Assembly: GCA_964437795.1 (NCBI GenBank)
Contig: CAYTIC010000001.1
Coordinates: 86,864-150,863, forward strand
DNA from: an uncultured Dehalococcoidales bacterium
GTDB taxonomy: Bacteria > Chloroflexota > Dehalococcoidia > GIF9 > UBA5629
Length of the DNA: 64,000 nt
Reading direction: 5' to 3'
Below, piece after piece: positions 38,924 to 48,444 of this stretch. Under the pieces are notes generated by a model. The model had not been told where the DNA came from, did not search any database, and saw only the letters and a list, made by a program, of their open reading frames with translations. Within the stretch, counting starts at the first letter, position 1; every line of letters starts with the position of its first letter. The position numbers and the translations under genes are program-made.

Positions 38924-39424
38924 ATGAACACCCCTGAAGAAAAACAGAAACGCGAAAAGCCAGTACTTGACTTGCCGGACATAAACGAAGTGGCGGACAA
39001 GTTATTAGAACAGGGTAAAATATCGAATATGCAGGCTGCCCAGCTTAAAATGTGGTATTCAGCCATGCCTGATATAAATTCCGGCAGCGCAAAATTTGAA
39101 GCCTGGAAGAAAGCGCGGCCCGATATAGATGTACCGGGACTATTCACCCCCGGAGAAGGATCAAAGCCAATACTTGATTTGCCGAGCTTGAGTGAAATGG
39201 CGGAAAAGATGGCCAAAGATGGTGTAAAGCCTATCCTTGATATGCCGGACATGAACGAAGTGGCGGATAAGCTGTTTGAACAGGGCAAAATATCCAATAT
39301 GCAGGCTGCCCAGATCAAAATGTGGTATTCAGTCAAGCCGGATAAGAATGCGGGCCTGGCGAAATTTGAAGCCTGGAAGAAAGCGCATCCTGCTATAGAT
39401 ATTCCCGGCCTGTTCCCGGAGTAG
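38924..39424 (+). CDS. hypothetical protein built from two about 74-aa tandem repeats
   Basis: Strong RBS TAGGAGGT 7 nt upstream of the ATG. Repeat units KP[VI]LD[LM]PD[IM]NEVADKL.EQGKISNMQAAQ.KMWYS..PD.N.G.AKFEAWKKA.P.ID.PGLF. Confidence 0.5.
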   Translation: MNTPEEKQKREKPVLDLPDINEVADKLLEQGKISNMQAAQLKMWYSAMPDINSGSAKFEAWKKARPDIDVPGLFTPGEGSKPILDLPSLSEMAEKMAKDGVKPILDMPDMNEVADKLFEQGKISNMQAAQIKMWYSVKPDKNAGLAKFEAWKKAHPAIDIPGLFPE

Positions 39425-39504
39425 GCAAACTGACCCGGCAACTGTAGCGAAAATTAAGTCCACTGGATAGCCCAGCCATGGTTAATAATGGCCGGTTGCG
39501 AAAT

Positions 39505-39807
39505 TCATTCTCCCAGTGGTTTGCCGCTGATAAGGTAGAAAATCAGCGACGCAATCGTAAATAATACCGGTACACTCAGGACCGCAGCAATCACTATTAA
39601 AGCCACCAACCAAAAGCCCTTCGGTTTAAATCTCAGTATTACCCCTATTATGCCGAGGACGAGGCCTGCGATAAAGATAAGCAGGCCTATGATGTCCGTA
39701 TCTATACCAAAGTAATGATAGAGCGGAATGACCAGCAGGAATGTGACTATCCCTGCCGCCATTATTATCAGGGCCGCGGTTATCAGCTTTCCAAATCGCT
39801 TCACCAT
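39505..39807 (-). CDS. small membrane protein (3 predicted TM helices)
   Basis: 100 aa hydrophobic ORF. Confidence 0.4.
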   Translation of the reverse strand: MVKRFGKLITAALIIMAAGIVTFLLVIPLYHYFGIDTDIIGLLIFIAGLVLGIIGVILRFKPKGFWLVALIVIAAVLSVPVLFTIASLIFYLISGKPLGE

Positions 39808-39868
39808 ATCATCCTTCCTGTTATCTTTCTAATTACCTTCTTCCGCCTGTAACACGAAAACGGTATAT

Positions 39869-40489
39869 CTAATCAGGACGCAGCCCTTTCATGATAACGA
39901 TAAAGGCTTTTTCAGTTTCTTTGATCAGATCAAACCGGCCTTTGACCAGGCACCAATCGTAGATCACGCCACGAACACAACGGAGCATAATGCGCGTGAT
40001 ATCGTCCCTGCTCAAATCCGTACGCAGTTCTCCCCTGTCCTGCCCTTCCTCAACCAGCTTCTGAAGTATCTTGAATAAGGCCCTTTTTTCTGAGGCGATG
40101 GAGGCGGTTTTTTTATTCAGGTTTATCTGAGCACGATAGCTCACCTGGATAATGTCGATTCCCATGCCGTTGCTGTAATCGACGGCCTTCCTTCCCAACA
40201 GAAACAGCTTCTCCACTACGCTTTTGTGCGGGCCCAACTCAGCCGTCGCGTATTTGTCATATATTTGGTCAGCGACCAAAAAGAGATCTATTATGACCTG
40301 GTCTTTGGACTTGAAATGATCGTAGAAAGCGCCTTTGGAGACACCGGCCTTCTCGCAGATGTCATCCACGGTAACTTTATCGTATCCCTTCGAATAGAAA
40401 AGCTTCAACGCCGTGTTGTAGATCTTCTGGTGAGTGGCAATTGCCTGCTTCTTGCGGCTGTTTATCTCATTTCTAGTCATTACAAGCAA
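39869..40489 (-). CDS. TetR/AcrR-family transcriptional regulator
   Basis: N-terminal HTH (FYSKGYDKVTVDDICEKAGVSKGAFYDHF). Confidence 0.85.
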   Translation of the reverse strand: MLVMTRNEINSRKKQAIATHQKIYNTALKLFYSKGYDKVTVDDICEKAGVSKGAFYDHFKSKDQVIIDLFLVADQIYDKYATAELGPHKSVVEKLFLLGRKAVDYSNGMGIDIIQVSYRAQINLNKKTASIASEKRALFKILQKLVEEGQDRGELRTDLSRDDITRIMLRCVRGVIYDWCLVKGRFDLIKETEKAFIVIMKGLRPD

Positions 40490-40589
40490 TTCCCCGATAA
40501 CGTGTGTTTCAACGTGATTATTCTATCTATATACCTGCTATAGTTCAACTCCTTAAATGAGCCCTTCTATCGATTAAACACGTCAACCG

Positions 40590-41351
40590 TTAATATACGA
40601 ATAAGCTGAAACCTCCGTCTGCGATAATGTTAGCCCCGGTAATGAACCTGGCCCTTTCGGACGCGAGGAAAGCCACGATATCCGCTACATCCTGCGGCTC
40701 ACCGAATCTGCGCTGAGGAGTCCTTTTGATCAAGCGTTCCCTCATATCGGTGCGTATCAGGTCGCTCATATCTGTGTCAATCACGCCCAGAGTCAACGCA
40801 TTTGCGGTTATATTGAAGCGCGCCCCTTCCAATGCCGCGGTTTTGGCCAGCGATACAAGCGCACCCTTGCTGCAGGAATAACTGCACTGGCCGAAGCCGC
40901 CTAACTCACCCGTGAGCGATGAGATATTTATGATCCTGCCCCAATTACGCTCGATCATTGATCCCATGCACTCCCTGATCCAGTAATATGGTCCCGACAG
41001 GTCGACACTGATCACGTTCTCCCAGGGGGTGAACTGCTCCTGGTGCAACAACCCCAGAGTGACGATGGCCGCGTTGTTGACCAGGATGTCCACCGGGCCG
41101 AGCTCTTTGCGTATTCTTGAAGCGGCGGACCTGACCGCTTCAGAATTGCCCTGGTCAACACCCACAGCGATGGCCCTTCTGCCCAGGTCCTTTAACTCCT
41201 TTGCAACCGATTCCGCCAGCGCCAGGTCGATATCGACACAGGCTACATCGGCGCCTTCCTGCGCCAGGGCAAGCGCGATCGCCCTTCCGTTACCGCGTTT
41301 CCTGGCGGTACCCGTCACCAGCGCTATTTTGCCTTTCAACTCAAGGTCCAT
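40590..41351 (-). CDS. short-chain dehydrogenase/reductase (SDR)
   Basis: TGTARKRGNG Rossmann motif and the catalytic YSCSK. Confidence 0.85.
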   Translation of the reverse strand: MDLELKGKIALVTGTARKRGNGRAIALALAQEGADVACVDIDLALAESVAKELKDLGRRAIAVGVDQGNSEAVRSAASRIRKELGPVDILVNNAAIVTLGLLHQEQFTPWENVISVDLSGPYYWIRECMGSMIERNWGRIINISSLTGELGGFGQCSYSCSKGALVSLAKTAALEGARFNITANALTLGVIDTDMSDLIRTDMRERLIKRTPQRRFGEPQDVADIVAFLASERARFITGANIIADGGFSLFVY

Positions 41352-41385
41352 GTTGTTAACTCCGATAATTTAGACTGAACGACGG

Positions 41386-42633
41386 CTATTTTTTTAGTCT
41401 CTCGAGAATATGGACGCACATGGCGGCCTCCTCGATACCGATATTGCCGCCGCCGTTCTCCGCCAGCCCGATGCGCGCACCCTCTACCTGTCTCTTTCCC
41501 GCATCACCCCGAAGCTGGGTGACCAGTTCGTAGATCTGCGCCAGGCCCGATGCACCGATCGGATGTCCGCGGCATTCGAGTCCTCCGCTGGTATTGATGG
41601 GCTTACCTCCCCCGATCATGGTAGCGCCCGATTCCGCAAACGGCCCGCCTTCTCCCTCAGGACAAAAGCCCATTACCTCGGTCTGATGCAATTCGGCCCA
41701 GGCCGTAGCGTCGTGCAGTTCGGCCAGGTCGATATCTTTTGGCCCTAAACCTGCCGCCTTGTACGCCTGTTTGGACAGCCGCTCGCCGATGTCTTCACCG
41801 TTCAAATCCCGGTCGCTGCCCTGCCCGAGCACCGAAGCGCGGATTTTGACCGGACGCGCATCTTTCAATTTCTTCAGGAATTTCTCCGAACAAACGATGG
41901 CGGCGGCCGCTCCGTCACCGACAGGCGCGCACATGGCACGTGTCAAAGGATAGGTAACCGGCTTATCCGCCAGCACCTCTTCCACAGTCATCTCGCTCTG
42001 ATACTGCGCCAGCGGGTTGAGCGACCCGTGGCGGTGGTTTTTCGAACAGACCACGGCAAGCTGTCGCTGGGTGGAATGGTATTTATCCATATGCCACCTG
42101 GCGCCCATGGCGTAGGCGTCCATAAAAACGCTTCTGCCCTCACCGGGTTTACTGCCGTCCTCGGGGATGGTGATTTTAAAGGTCTTGCCGATCTGCTGGA
42201 GCTCGTCCATGTGCTTCTGGAAGTTCTCTACGTCCATGGCGGCGGCGTACGCGCTCAACGACAGCAACTTATCCGGGCTGGTGATCTTCTCCGATCCGAC
42301 GACCAGGATAAGGTCATGTGCACCCGCCTGGATATCCATATGCGCGAGATAAAGCGCCGTGGATGCTCCGGCACAGGCATTTTCGACGTTTACCACAGGT
42401 ATCTTATCCATGCCGATCCCGCGTACGATTACCTGTCCGCGTATCGAATGCTGGTTGGCGAACATGCCCCAGAAGGAATTTGAGAAGTATACGGCCTCCA
42501 CGTCTCTGGCAGCCAGGTTCGCGTCTTCAAGTACAAGCTTAATAGTCTCTTCCGCCATGTCCCTGACCGTCCTGTCAGGGTACTTGGCAAAACGGATCAT
42601 CCCGACGCCGGCGATATACACGTTTGGCATCAA
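41386..42633 (-). CDS. thiolase-like protein (SCP-x type)
   Basis: 415 aa thiolase fold with N-terminal MPNVYIAGVGM. Confidence 0.7.
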   Translation of the reverse strand: MMPNVYIAGVGMIRFAKYPDRTVRDMAEETIKLVLEDANLAARDVEAVYFSNSFWGMFANQHSIRGQVIVRGIGMDKIPVVNVENACAGASTALYLAHMDIQAGAHDLILVVGSEKITSPDKLLSLSAYAAAMDVENFQKHMDELQQIGKTFKITIPEDGSKPGEGRSVFMDAYAMGARWHMDKYHSTQRQLAVVCSKNHRHGSLNPLAQYQSEMTVEEVLADKPVTYPLTRAMCAPVGDGAAAAIVCSEKFLKKLKDARPVKIRASVLGQGSDRDLNGEDIGERLSKQAYKAAGLGPKDIDLAELHDATAWAELHQTEVMGFCPEGEGGPFAESGATMIGGGKPINTSGGLECRGHPIGASGLAQIYELVTQLRGDAGKRQVEGARIGLAENGGGNIGIEEAAMCVHILERLKK

Positions 42634-42654
42634 TTCAGCCCCCCCGATATGAAA

Positions 42655-44211
42655 TTAATTAACCCCTCTGTCCGAACCCTTCCAGTATGGCGCTCTCAAG
42701 GTCTTTTTATCAACCTTTCCAATAATTGTCAAAGGCAGGCTGTCTTGAATGACGACCTTTTTAGGCTGCGCGAATTTGGCCAGCTTGCCCCGGCAGTACT
42801 CTTTGATTTCCGCCTCGTCCAACGTCCCGTTTGGCACGACGACGGCGGTGACGGTCTCACCCCACTTGTCGTCAGGTACACCGATAACCGAGACCTGTTT
42901 CACCCCGGGATGCTGGCTGATTACAGCCTCCACCTCGGCGGGATACACATTCATGCCGCCACTGATGATCATGTCCTTTTTTCTGTCCATTATGTAAACA
43001 TAACCATCTTCATCCATGCGGCCCATATCCCCCGTATGCAGCCAGCCGCCTCTCAGGGTCTCGGCTGTCACATCCGGCTGATTGAGATACTCCTTCATCA
43101 AATAGGGGGAACTGACCAGTATCTCTCCCAGTTCACCCCTGGGCAATTCCCGGTCCTTGTCGTCGGCAATTTTTACCGTCACCATGATGTCGGCCTTGCC
43201 GCAACTCTTAAGCAGCTCGGGATTCTTTTTCGCCTCCAGATGATCCGCTACTGAAAGGGCGGTGATCATGTTGGGACATTCGACCAGCCCGTATTTCTGG
43301 ATGAGTATCGGGCCGAATGCCTGCAGAGCCTCTTCCAGCCGGTTGGCCTGTATCGGAGAGGCGCCGTAAAAGAGCGATTTAAGCGAGCTCATATCATATT
43401 TTTGCTGTTTCAGGATGTCCAGCATGACATAGATAATGGTAGGTACCAGGAACAGTTTGGTGACTTTCTCTTTTCCCACCAGCTCCATCAGCTTGAAAGG
43501 ATCGAACTGGCTCTCGATGATGAATTTAGCCCCCATACAGGCGCCGCTGTATAGTTGCCATCCTGCAGAATGCGACAAGGGGGTCATCAACAGGAAAACG
43601 TCATCCGATTCCATGAAACCCAGCGCGCAATGCGCCAGTATATTGAGCGCCAGCGTAAATTGAGTGTGGACAACTCCCTTCGACCTGCCCGTCGTCCCAC
43701 CGGTATATACGATCAGACATTCGCTGTCGGCGACCACATTCTTTTCAGGATCCTTGTCGGATTTTCCCTTGATGAACTCCTCGAATGTAACATTCTCTTT
43801 TTCCCCGGGTGAATTGATGACAACTATCTTTTTAACGCCGGTCATGCTGCTCTTGAGCTTCATAATCCTCTCTTTCAAGGACGCGTCCACAAATATCACT
43901 TTTATGCTGGCATCGCTGATGATATAAGCGATATCCGTATCACCCACCATCATATTAAGCGGGCTGTAGGTAGCCCCCGACTTATAGATACCGAAGGCCA
44001 GGATCAGCAGCTCGAAAGAATTGGGCAGCATGGTGGCCATCCTGTCGCCCGGTCCGAAACCGGCCTCATTAATAGCGTTGGCGACACGGTTGGATGCCAG
44101 ATCGATCTCCTTGTAGGTATACTGCTTGTCTCCGAACTTAGCCAGAACCCGCTTGCTGTGCTTTTTTAATGCTGTTTTCAACAGTGCCTGGAACGTCAGG
44201 TCTTCCCTCAT
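42655..44211 (-). CDS. AMP-dependent acyl-CoA synthetase/ligase
   Basis: Motifs YTGGTTGRSKG and GLVECP... Confidence 0.85.
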   Translation of the reverse strand: MREDLTFQALLKTALKKHSKRVLAKFGDKQYTYKEIDLASNRVANAINEAGFGPGDRMATMLPNSFELLILAFGIYKSGATYSPLNMMVGDTDIAYIISDASIKVIFVDASLKERIMKLKSSMTGVKKIVVINSPGEKENVTFEEFIKGKSDKDPEKNVVADSECLIVYTGGTTGRSKGVVHTQFTLALNILAHCALGFMESDDVFLLMTPLSHSAGWQLYSGACMGAKFIIESQFDPFKLMELVGKEKVTKLFLVPTIIYVMLDILKQQKYDMSSLKSLFYGASPIQANRLEEALQAFGPILIQKYGLVECPNMITALSVADHLEAKKNPELLKSCGKADIMVTVKIADDKDRELPRGELGEILVSSPYLMKEYLNQPDVTAETLRGGWLHTGDMGRMDEDGYVYIMDRKKDMIISGGMNVYPAEVEAVISQHPGVKQVSVIGVPDDKWGETVTAVVVPNGTLDEAEIKEYCRGKLAKFAQPKKVVIQDSLPLTIIGKVDKKTLRAPYWKGSDRGVN

Positions 44212-44459
44212 TTACATACCTCCATAAATTATTGCATACTATAGTCGCCGACTACAGTTGCTTTATTTGCGAATATAATAAATGCTTTTAACCGATTTGT
44301 CAATGGGACAATATCGAAGGGGCGCCGCAGGTTCGCATCACGTCTTTTGTTCTATTTGGGTATAATATCAGCCGGCGCCATCGGTTTAGCCTTGCTGCCG
44401 AAGATTTCGCGATATACTGCGTACTATTCAACTGTATTTAAACTGGAGGAGAATCAACT

Positions 44460-45110
44460 ATGGAATCACCTATCGTAAAGGTCAAGATCCTGGGTATCTC
44501 GGGAACGCCGATAAAAGACGGCAACTGCGATAAGCTGGTGCAGACAGCTTTAAAGGCGGCGGCGGGTATACCGGGTGTTGAAACCGAGTTCGTGACGCTG
44601 GCGGACAAGAAGATTGCGGAGTGCAAACACTGCCAGTGGTGCGTAAAAAACAAGGCCAGGTGCAATATCAAGGACGATGTCCATGCCGTGCATGACAAGA
44701 TGTTCGCCGCTGACGGTATCATCATGGGAGGCCCGACCTATTGCCAGGTCTTAAGCACCCAGCTTCAGAATGTCTTTTTCAGGGGCAGGGAGGAGATATT
44801 TTTCGGGCACCGCTGTACCGGTAAGATAGGCGGCGCATTAACGCTCGGCTGGTTCGGCGTCGGCATGGAGTTTGCCCTGAAGGTCATCGAACAGATGATG
44901 ATGAGCTGGCAGATTGTCCCGGTAGCCAGGGGAAGCGCCATAGTTAGCACGTTCTGGCAGGGGGAGAAGGTCAGATACCAGGAGGGCGGCGTGCTGGCCC
45001 ATCCGGCAGGGGTATTCAGCGCCATGGGAGTCGGCACGTCTGTAGCTAAATACGCGCAAATGATGAAGTACGCTAAAGACGCGGGCGTGGGCCTGCCGAC
45101 TAAACCGTAG
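44460..45110 (+). CDS. iron-sulfur flavoprotein (Isf-like, NADPH-dependent FMN reductase fold)
   Basis: Flavodoxin-like N-terminus (KILGISGTP) plus the compact Cys motif CKHCQWCVKNKARC (Cx2Cx2Cx5C) typical of the Isf family. Confidence 0.6.
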   Translation: MESPIVKVKILGISGTPIKDGNCDKLVQTALKAAAGIPGVETEFVTLADKKIAECKHCQWCVKNKARCNIKDDVHAVHDKMFAADGIIMGGPTYCQVLSTQLQNVFFRGREEIFFGHRCTGKIGGALTLGWFGVGMEFALKVIEQMMMSWQIVPVARGSAIVSTFWQGEKVRYQEGGVLAHPAGVFSAMGVGTSVAKYAQMMKYAKDAGVGLPTKP

Positions 45111-45138
45111 CCGGCATCCGGGTCCCGCTGAATTTTTG

Positions 45139-46284
45139 TCAGCCGGATGCGTTATCGACGATTTCAACTACATCCAGTATTTGAATTGAATCGCTCGCGC
45201 CCAGGGTGAGCACGGCGTCTTCAAACATCGTCATGCAATAGGGGCATGAAACGGCCAATACCTGTGCCCCGCTTTCCATCGCCTGCCTGACGCGCAGTTC
45301 GGCGAACCGCTCCTCTTTCTTCGATTCCAACCAGAGGCCGCCGGCGCAACCGCCGCAGCATAATGAATCTGCGTGATGGTCGGACATTTCTACCAGGTCC
45401 ACCCCCGGGATGCTGTGCAAAACATTGCGGGGCTCATCATAAATGCCCTGATACCTGCCCAGGCAGCAGGAATCGTGATAGGCAACCTTCTTTTGCGGGC
45501 CCTTGCCCAATTTAACGCTGCCCGCTTTTATCAGCTCATCCAAATACCGGACTATATGGATTACCTCGAAACCGCCGCCGAGCTCAGGGTATTCGTCCTT
45601 TAAAGTGTTGTAACAGTGCGGCGACCCTACCAATATCCTCTTGACGCCCGCAGACTTCAGTGTCTCTATGTTATTCGATGCCAGGCTGGTAAAAAGGCCC
45701 TCCTTGCCCGCCTTCCGTATGCTTTCCCCGCAGCAGGACAGGCCTTTATCGATTATGCCGAAATCCACGTTGGCCCTGCGCAGGACATTTATCATTGACA
45801 CGGCTGTTCTTCGGCACCTGACGTCATAAGCCTGATAGCAGCAAACATACATCAGCATGTCGGTATTTGTTGAATACGCAGCGACATTCAGGCCCCTTAA
45901 CCATTCAGTGCGCGCTTCGTCCGGCTCGCCCAGCGGATTGCCCACACCGGCCAGGTTGGAGGCCACCGTGCGCAGGGAGCGGGGTATCGCGCCCGCGCCT
46001 ACTTCAGAGATGACCCTTCTGAGCGACCTGATCATGCGGGGTATGTCCACGCCGCGCGGACAGGCCTGTGCGCACGATCTGCACCCCACACACTTCCATA
46101 TCTCCTCGTTACCGAAATCGATCAATCCCAGCTGGGCCTGATGCAGCAGGCTGCGAACACCCAGATGCCCGCCTATGTTCCACGGACATACAGCTGTGCA
46201 CAACCCGCACTGAAAACAGTGATCGAGGTCTGCGCCGCCCTGCTCCTTTATGGCATCAGTGATTTCCGGTGATATATCCACCAT
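45139..46284 (-). CDS. HdrD-like fused HdrC/HdrB protein (two 4Fe-4S ferredoxin motifs plus two CCG domains)
   Basis: The CFQCGLCTAVCP and CVGCRSCAQACP motifs are followed by CCG-domain Cys patterns (CCYQ, CCGE, CCLG, CCGGCAGG). Confidence 0.8.
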   Translation of the reverse strand: MVDISPEITDAIKEQGGADLDHCFQCGLCTAVCPWNIGGHLGVRSLLHQAQLGLIDFGNEEIWKCVGCRSCAQACPRGVDIPRMIRSLRRVISEVGAGAIPRSLRTVASNLAGVGNPLGEPDEARTEWLRGLNVAAYSTNTDMLMYVCCYQAYDVRCRRTAVSMINVLRRANVDFGIIDKGLSCCGESIRKAGKEGLFTSLASNNIETLKSAGVKRILVGSPHCYNTLKDEYPELGGGFEVIHIVRYLDELIKAGSVKLGKGPQKKVAYHDSCCLGRYQGIYDEPRNVLHSIPGVDLVEMSDHHADSLCCGGCAGGLWLESKKEERFAELRVRQAMESGAQVLAVSCPYCMTMFEDAVLTLGASDSIQILDVVEIVDNASG

Positions 46285-46314
46285 CTACGCTGTATTCCTT
46301 GCGATCATCTGCAT

Positions 46315-48444
46315 TTACAGATCCTTATACGGGTTCGGCCCGATCTTCTCAATCCCGGTTAGAAACTCATCCAGAATGCCCGGCAGTGTGCCGTATTCCT
46401 CCACGGAAAGCTGCACTACACGCAGCCGCTCCGGCTCCAGCGCCAGCTTGTTAAGGGTATCCTGCATCTTTTGAATCCTGTCGTCGGCCAGCTCGCTGCC
46501 GGTTATGTTATGGCACTGATAGTCTCCACCGTATTTGCAGCCCACCATGATGATGCCGTCGAAACCGCTGGAGAGCGCATCGACGATCCAGACCATATTT
46601 ATCGATCCCAGGCACCTCACGGGTATGACCCTGATAAAGGGATTGAAGGCCATGCGCCCGGTACAGGCCATGTCCAGGGCGGGGTAAGCATCGTTTTCGC
46701 ACAAAAATGCTAGTATGCGCGGCTTGTCCTCTTCCGCCCCCGGCATCTGAATTGACTTGATCATTGATCCTATAATGTCAACCGAATAGTCGGCAAACGA
46801 AATAATCCTCTCAGGACACGCGCCCATACAGATGCCGCACCTCCTGCACCGCGTGGGATTGGGCAGCGGATTATACTTATCGTCCTCGTCATACATGCCG
46901 AAAGGGCACTCTTCAGTGCATCTCTTGCACTGGGTGCACCTGGCCATATAGAGGTCGGGGTAACTGGTATCGCCGGCCCTGGGATGCACTGACTCTCCCC
47001 TGGCAACCATTTCCACACATTGAATGGCCTTGACCACGGCGCCGTTTGCATCTTCACAGCTTGACAGGCTGTCTAAGGGTTGCCTGGCACAGCCGGCTGA
47101 GTAGACGCCTGTACGGCGTGTCTCATAGGGAAAACAGATAAAATGCGAATCCGGGAACCCGTATTTAAGCTCCGGCAATTCCGCGCCCTGCCTGTAGGCC
47201 AGGCTGAGCGCCGGCGGGGGTGACGGTTCAATGCCCGCAGCCAGGACCACCAGGTCGGCCTGTACAGTCACCTTCTCGCCCAAGAGAAGGTCCTGCATTT
47301 CAACCATAATGCCGTTTTCAGCGGCGGCCACTCCGGTTATCTCCGCCCTGGCCAGGTAAACAGACCCCGACTCCTGCGTATTTCGATAGAACTCCTCGTA
47401 CAGGGAAGGCGCGCGCATGTCCTTGTAGAAAATATAGGCCTTTGAATCGGCATTGCTCTTCGTTACGTAAACCGCCTGCTTGAGGGAGGTCAGGCAGCAG
47501 AAGGACGAGCAATACGGCAGATGGCTGTCGTCACGCTGCCCGGCGCACTGAATAAACGCCACGCTTTTTACAGGCTTGCCGTCCGACGGCCTTTTGATCA
47601 CGCCGTCGAAGGCCAATTGCTCCATTTGTACGTTGGTGATGATATCCGGGTGACTGCCGAAACCCAGGTGCGCCAGGCGTTCGGCATTATACGGCTGAAA
47701 TCCGGTGGCTTGAATAATGGAGCCCACCCTCAAAGATACGGCGCCGCTCGGACTCCTGAGAGAAACATCGAACATACCCGGCGAACCCTCGATCTTCTCG
47801 ACCTCCGCCGACTTGAATACCCTGATCAGCGGGTCGTTTTCCAGGGCGGCGGCCAGCGCTACAATCCCGGTGTCCTCCGGTTCCCGGTACGGGGGATGCT
47901 TTGGATATCCACGATATAGTTTCGTCATCCACCCGCCTAAAGAAGGGCTCTTTTCCACCAGGCACACCTCGTATCCGGCCCCGGCGGCGCCCAGCGCGGC
48001 GGTGATCCCAGTTATACCGCCCCCTATGACCAAAATAGTCTTGCTGATCTCGGGCAAATACGGTACCGCAGGAGATGTTTTGGCGATCCCGGCGAGGCCC
48101 ATCCTCAGGCAATCTTCCGCCATCATCTGCGTATCCGGATCGCCAGGCAGGTGGGACCAGGCCACCTGCTCCCTTAAATTCACCCTTTCCAGGATCACAG
48201 AACTATCGAAGGTGAAACATCCCTGTTTAACACGTGGCGAGCAGGCGCCTATCACCAGCCTGCAAGGACTGCCGGCAATGTCATCATCTATCGATAGCCG
48301 CCCATCTGCGCTGCACAGTGACGGATGGATCCGGCAAATGTCGGCTTTATATTCATTGACCGCCACTTCGCTCAATTTCTCGAGTGAAAGGGCCTCCCCG
48401 ATGCCGCACCCGCTGCACAAATATACGGCCAGTTTATTTGCCAT
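46315..48444 (-). CDS. qmoB: QmoB-like protein: HdrA-like flavoprotein with a C-terminal MvhD/FlpD-like domain
   Basis: The start was moved to the ATG at 48444 (MANKLAVYLCSGCGIG). FAD-binding GGGITGITAA motif, ferredoxin Cys clusters and an MvhD-like C-terminal domain. Confidence 0.8.
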   Translation of the reverse strand: MANKLAVYLCSGCGIGEALSLEKLSEVAVNEYKADICRIHPSLCSADGRLSIDDDIAGSPCRLVIGACSPRVKQGCFTFDSSVILERVNLREQVAWSHLPGDPDTQMMAEDCLRMGLAGIAKTSPAVPYLPEISKTILVIGGGITGITAALGAAGAGYEVCLVEKSPSLGGWMTKLYRGYPKHPPYREPEDTGIVALAAALENDPLIRVFKSAEVEKIEGSPGMFDVSLRSPSGAVSLRVGSIIQATGFQPYNAERLAHLGFGSHPDIITNVQMEQLAFDGVIKRPSDGKPVKSVAFIQCAGQRDDSHLPYCSSFCCLTSLKQAVYVTKSNADSKAYIFYKDMRAPSLYEEFYRNTQESGSVYLARAEITGVAAAENGIMVEMQDLLLGEKVTVQADLVVLAAGIEPSPPPALSLAYRQGAELPELKYGFPDSHFICFPYETRRTGVYSAGCARQPLDSLSSCEDANGAVVKAIQCVEMVARGESVHPRAGDTSYPDLYMARCTQCKRCTEECPFGMYDEDDKYNPLPNPTRCRRCGICMGACPERIISFADYSVDIIGSMIKSIQMPGAEEDKPRILAFLCENDAYPALDMACTGRMAFNPFIRVIPVRCLGSINMVWIVDALSSGFDGIIMVGCKYGGDYQCHNITGSELADDRIQKMQDTLNKLALEPERLRVVQLSVEEYGTLPGILDEFLTGIEKIGPNPYKDL

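Noticed and set aside
38902-39441. 179-aa minus-strand ORF antisense to the tandem-repeat protein
   Set aside because: Its repetitive Ser/Phe-rich translation mirrors the repeats of the plus-strand gene. It has no RBS, whereas the plus-strand ORF has TAGGAGGT at optimal spacing.
42649-43254. 201-aa plus-strand ORF overlapping the acyl-CoA ligase gene
   Set aside because: It is antisense to a gene with clear AMP-binding motifs. It has no domain signal.
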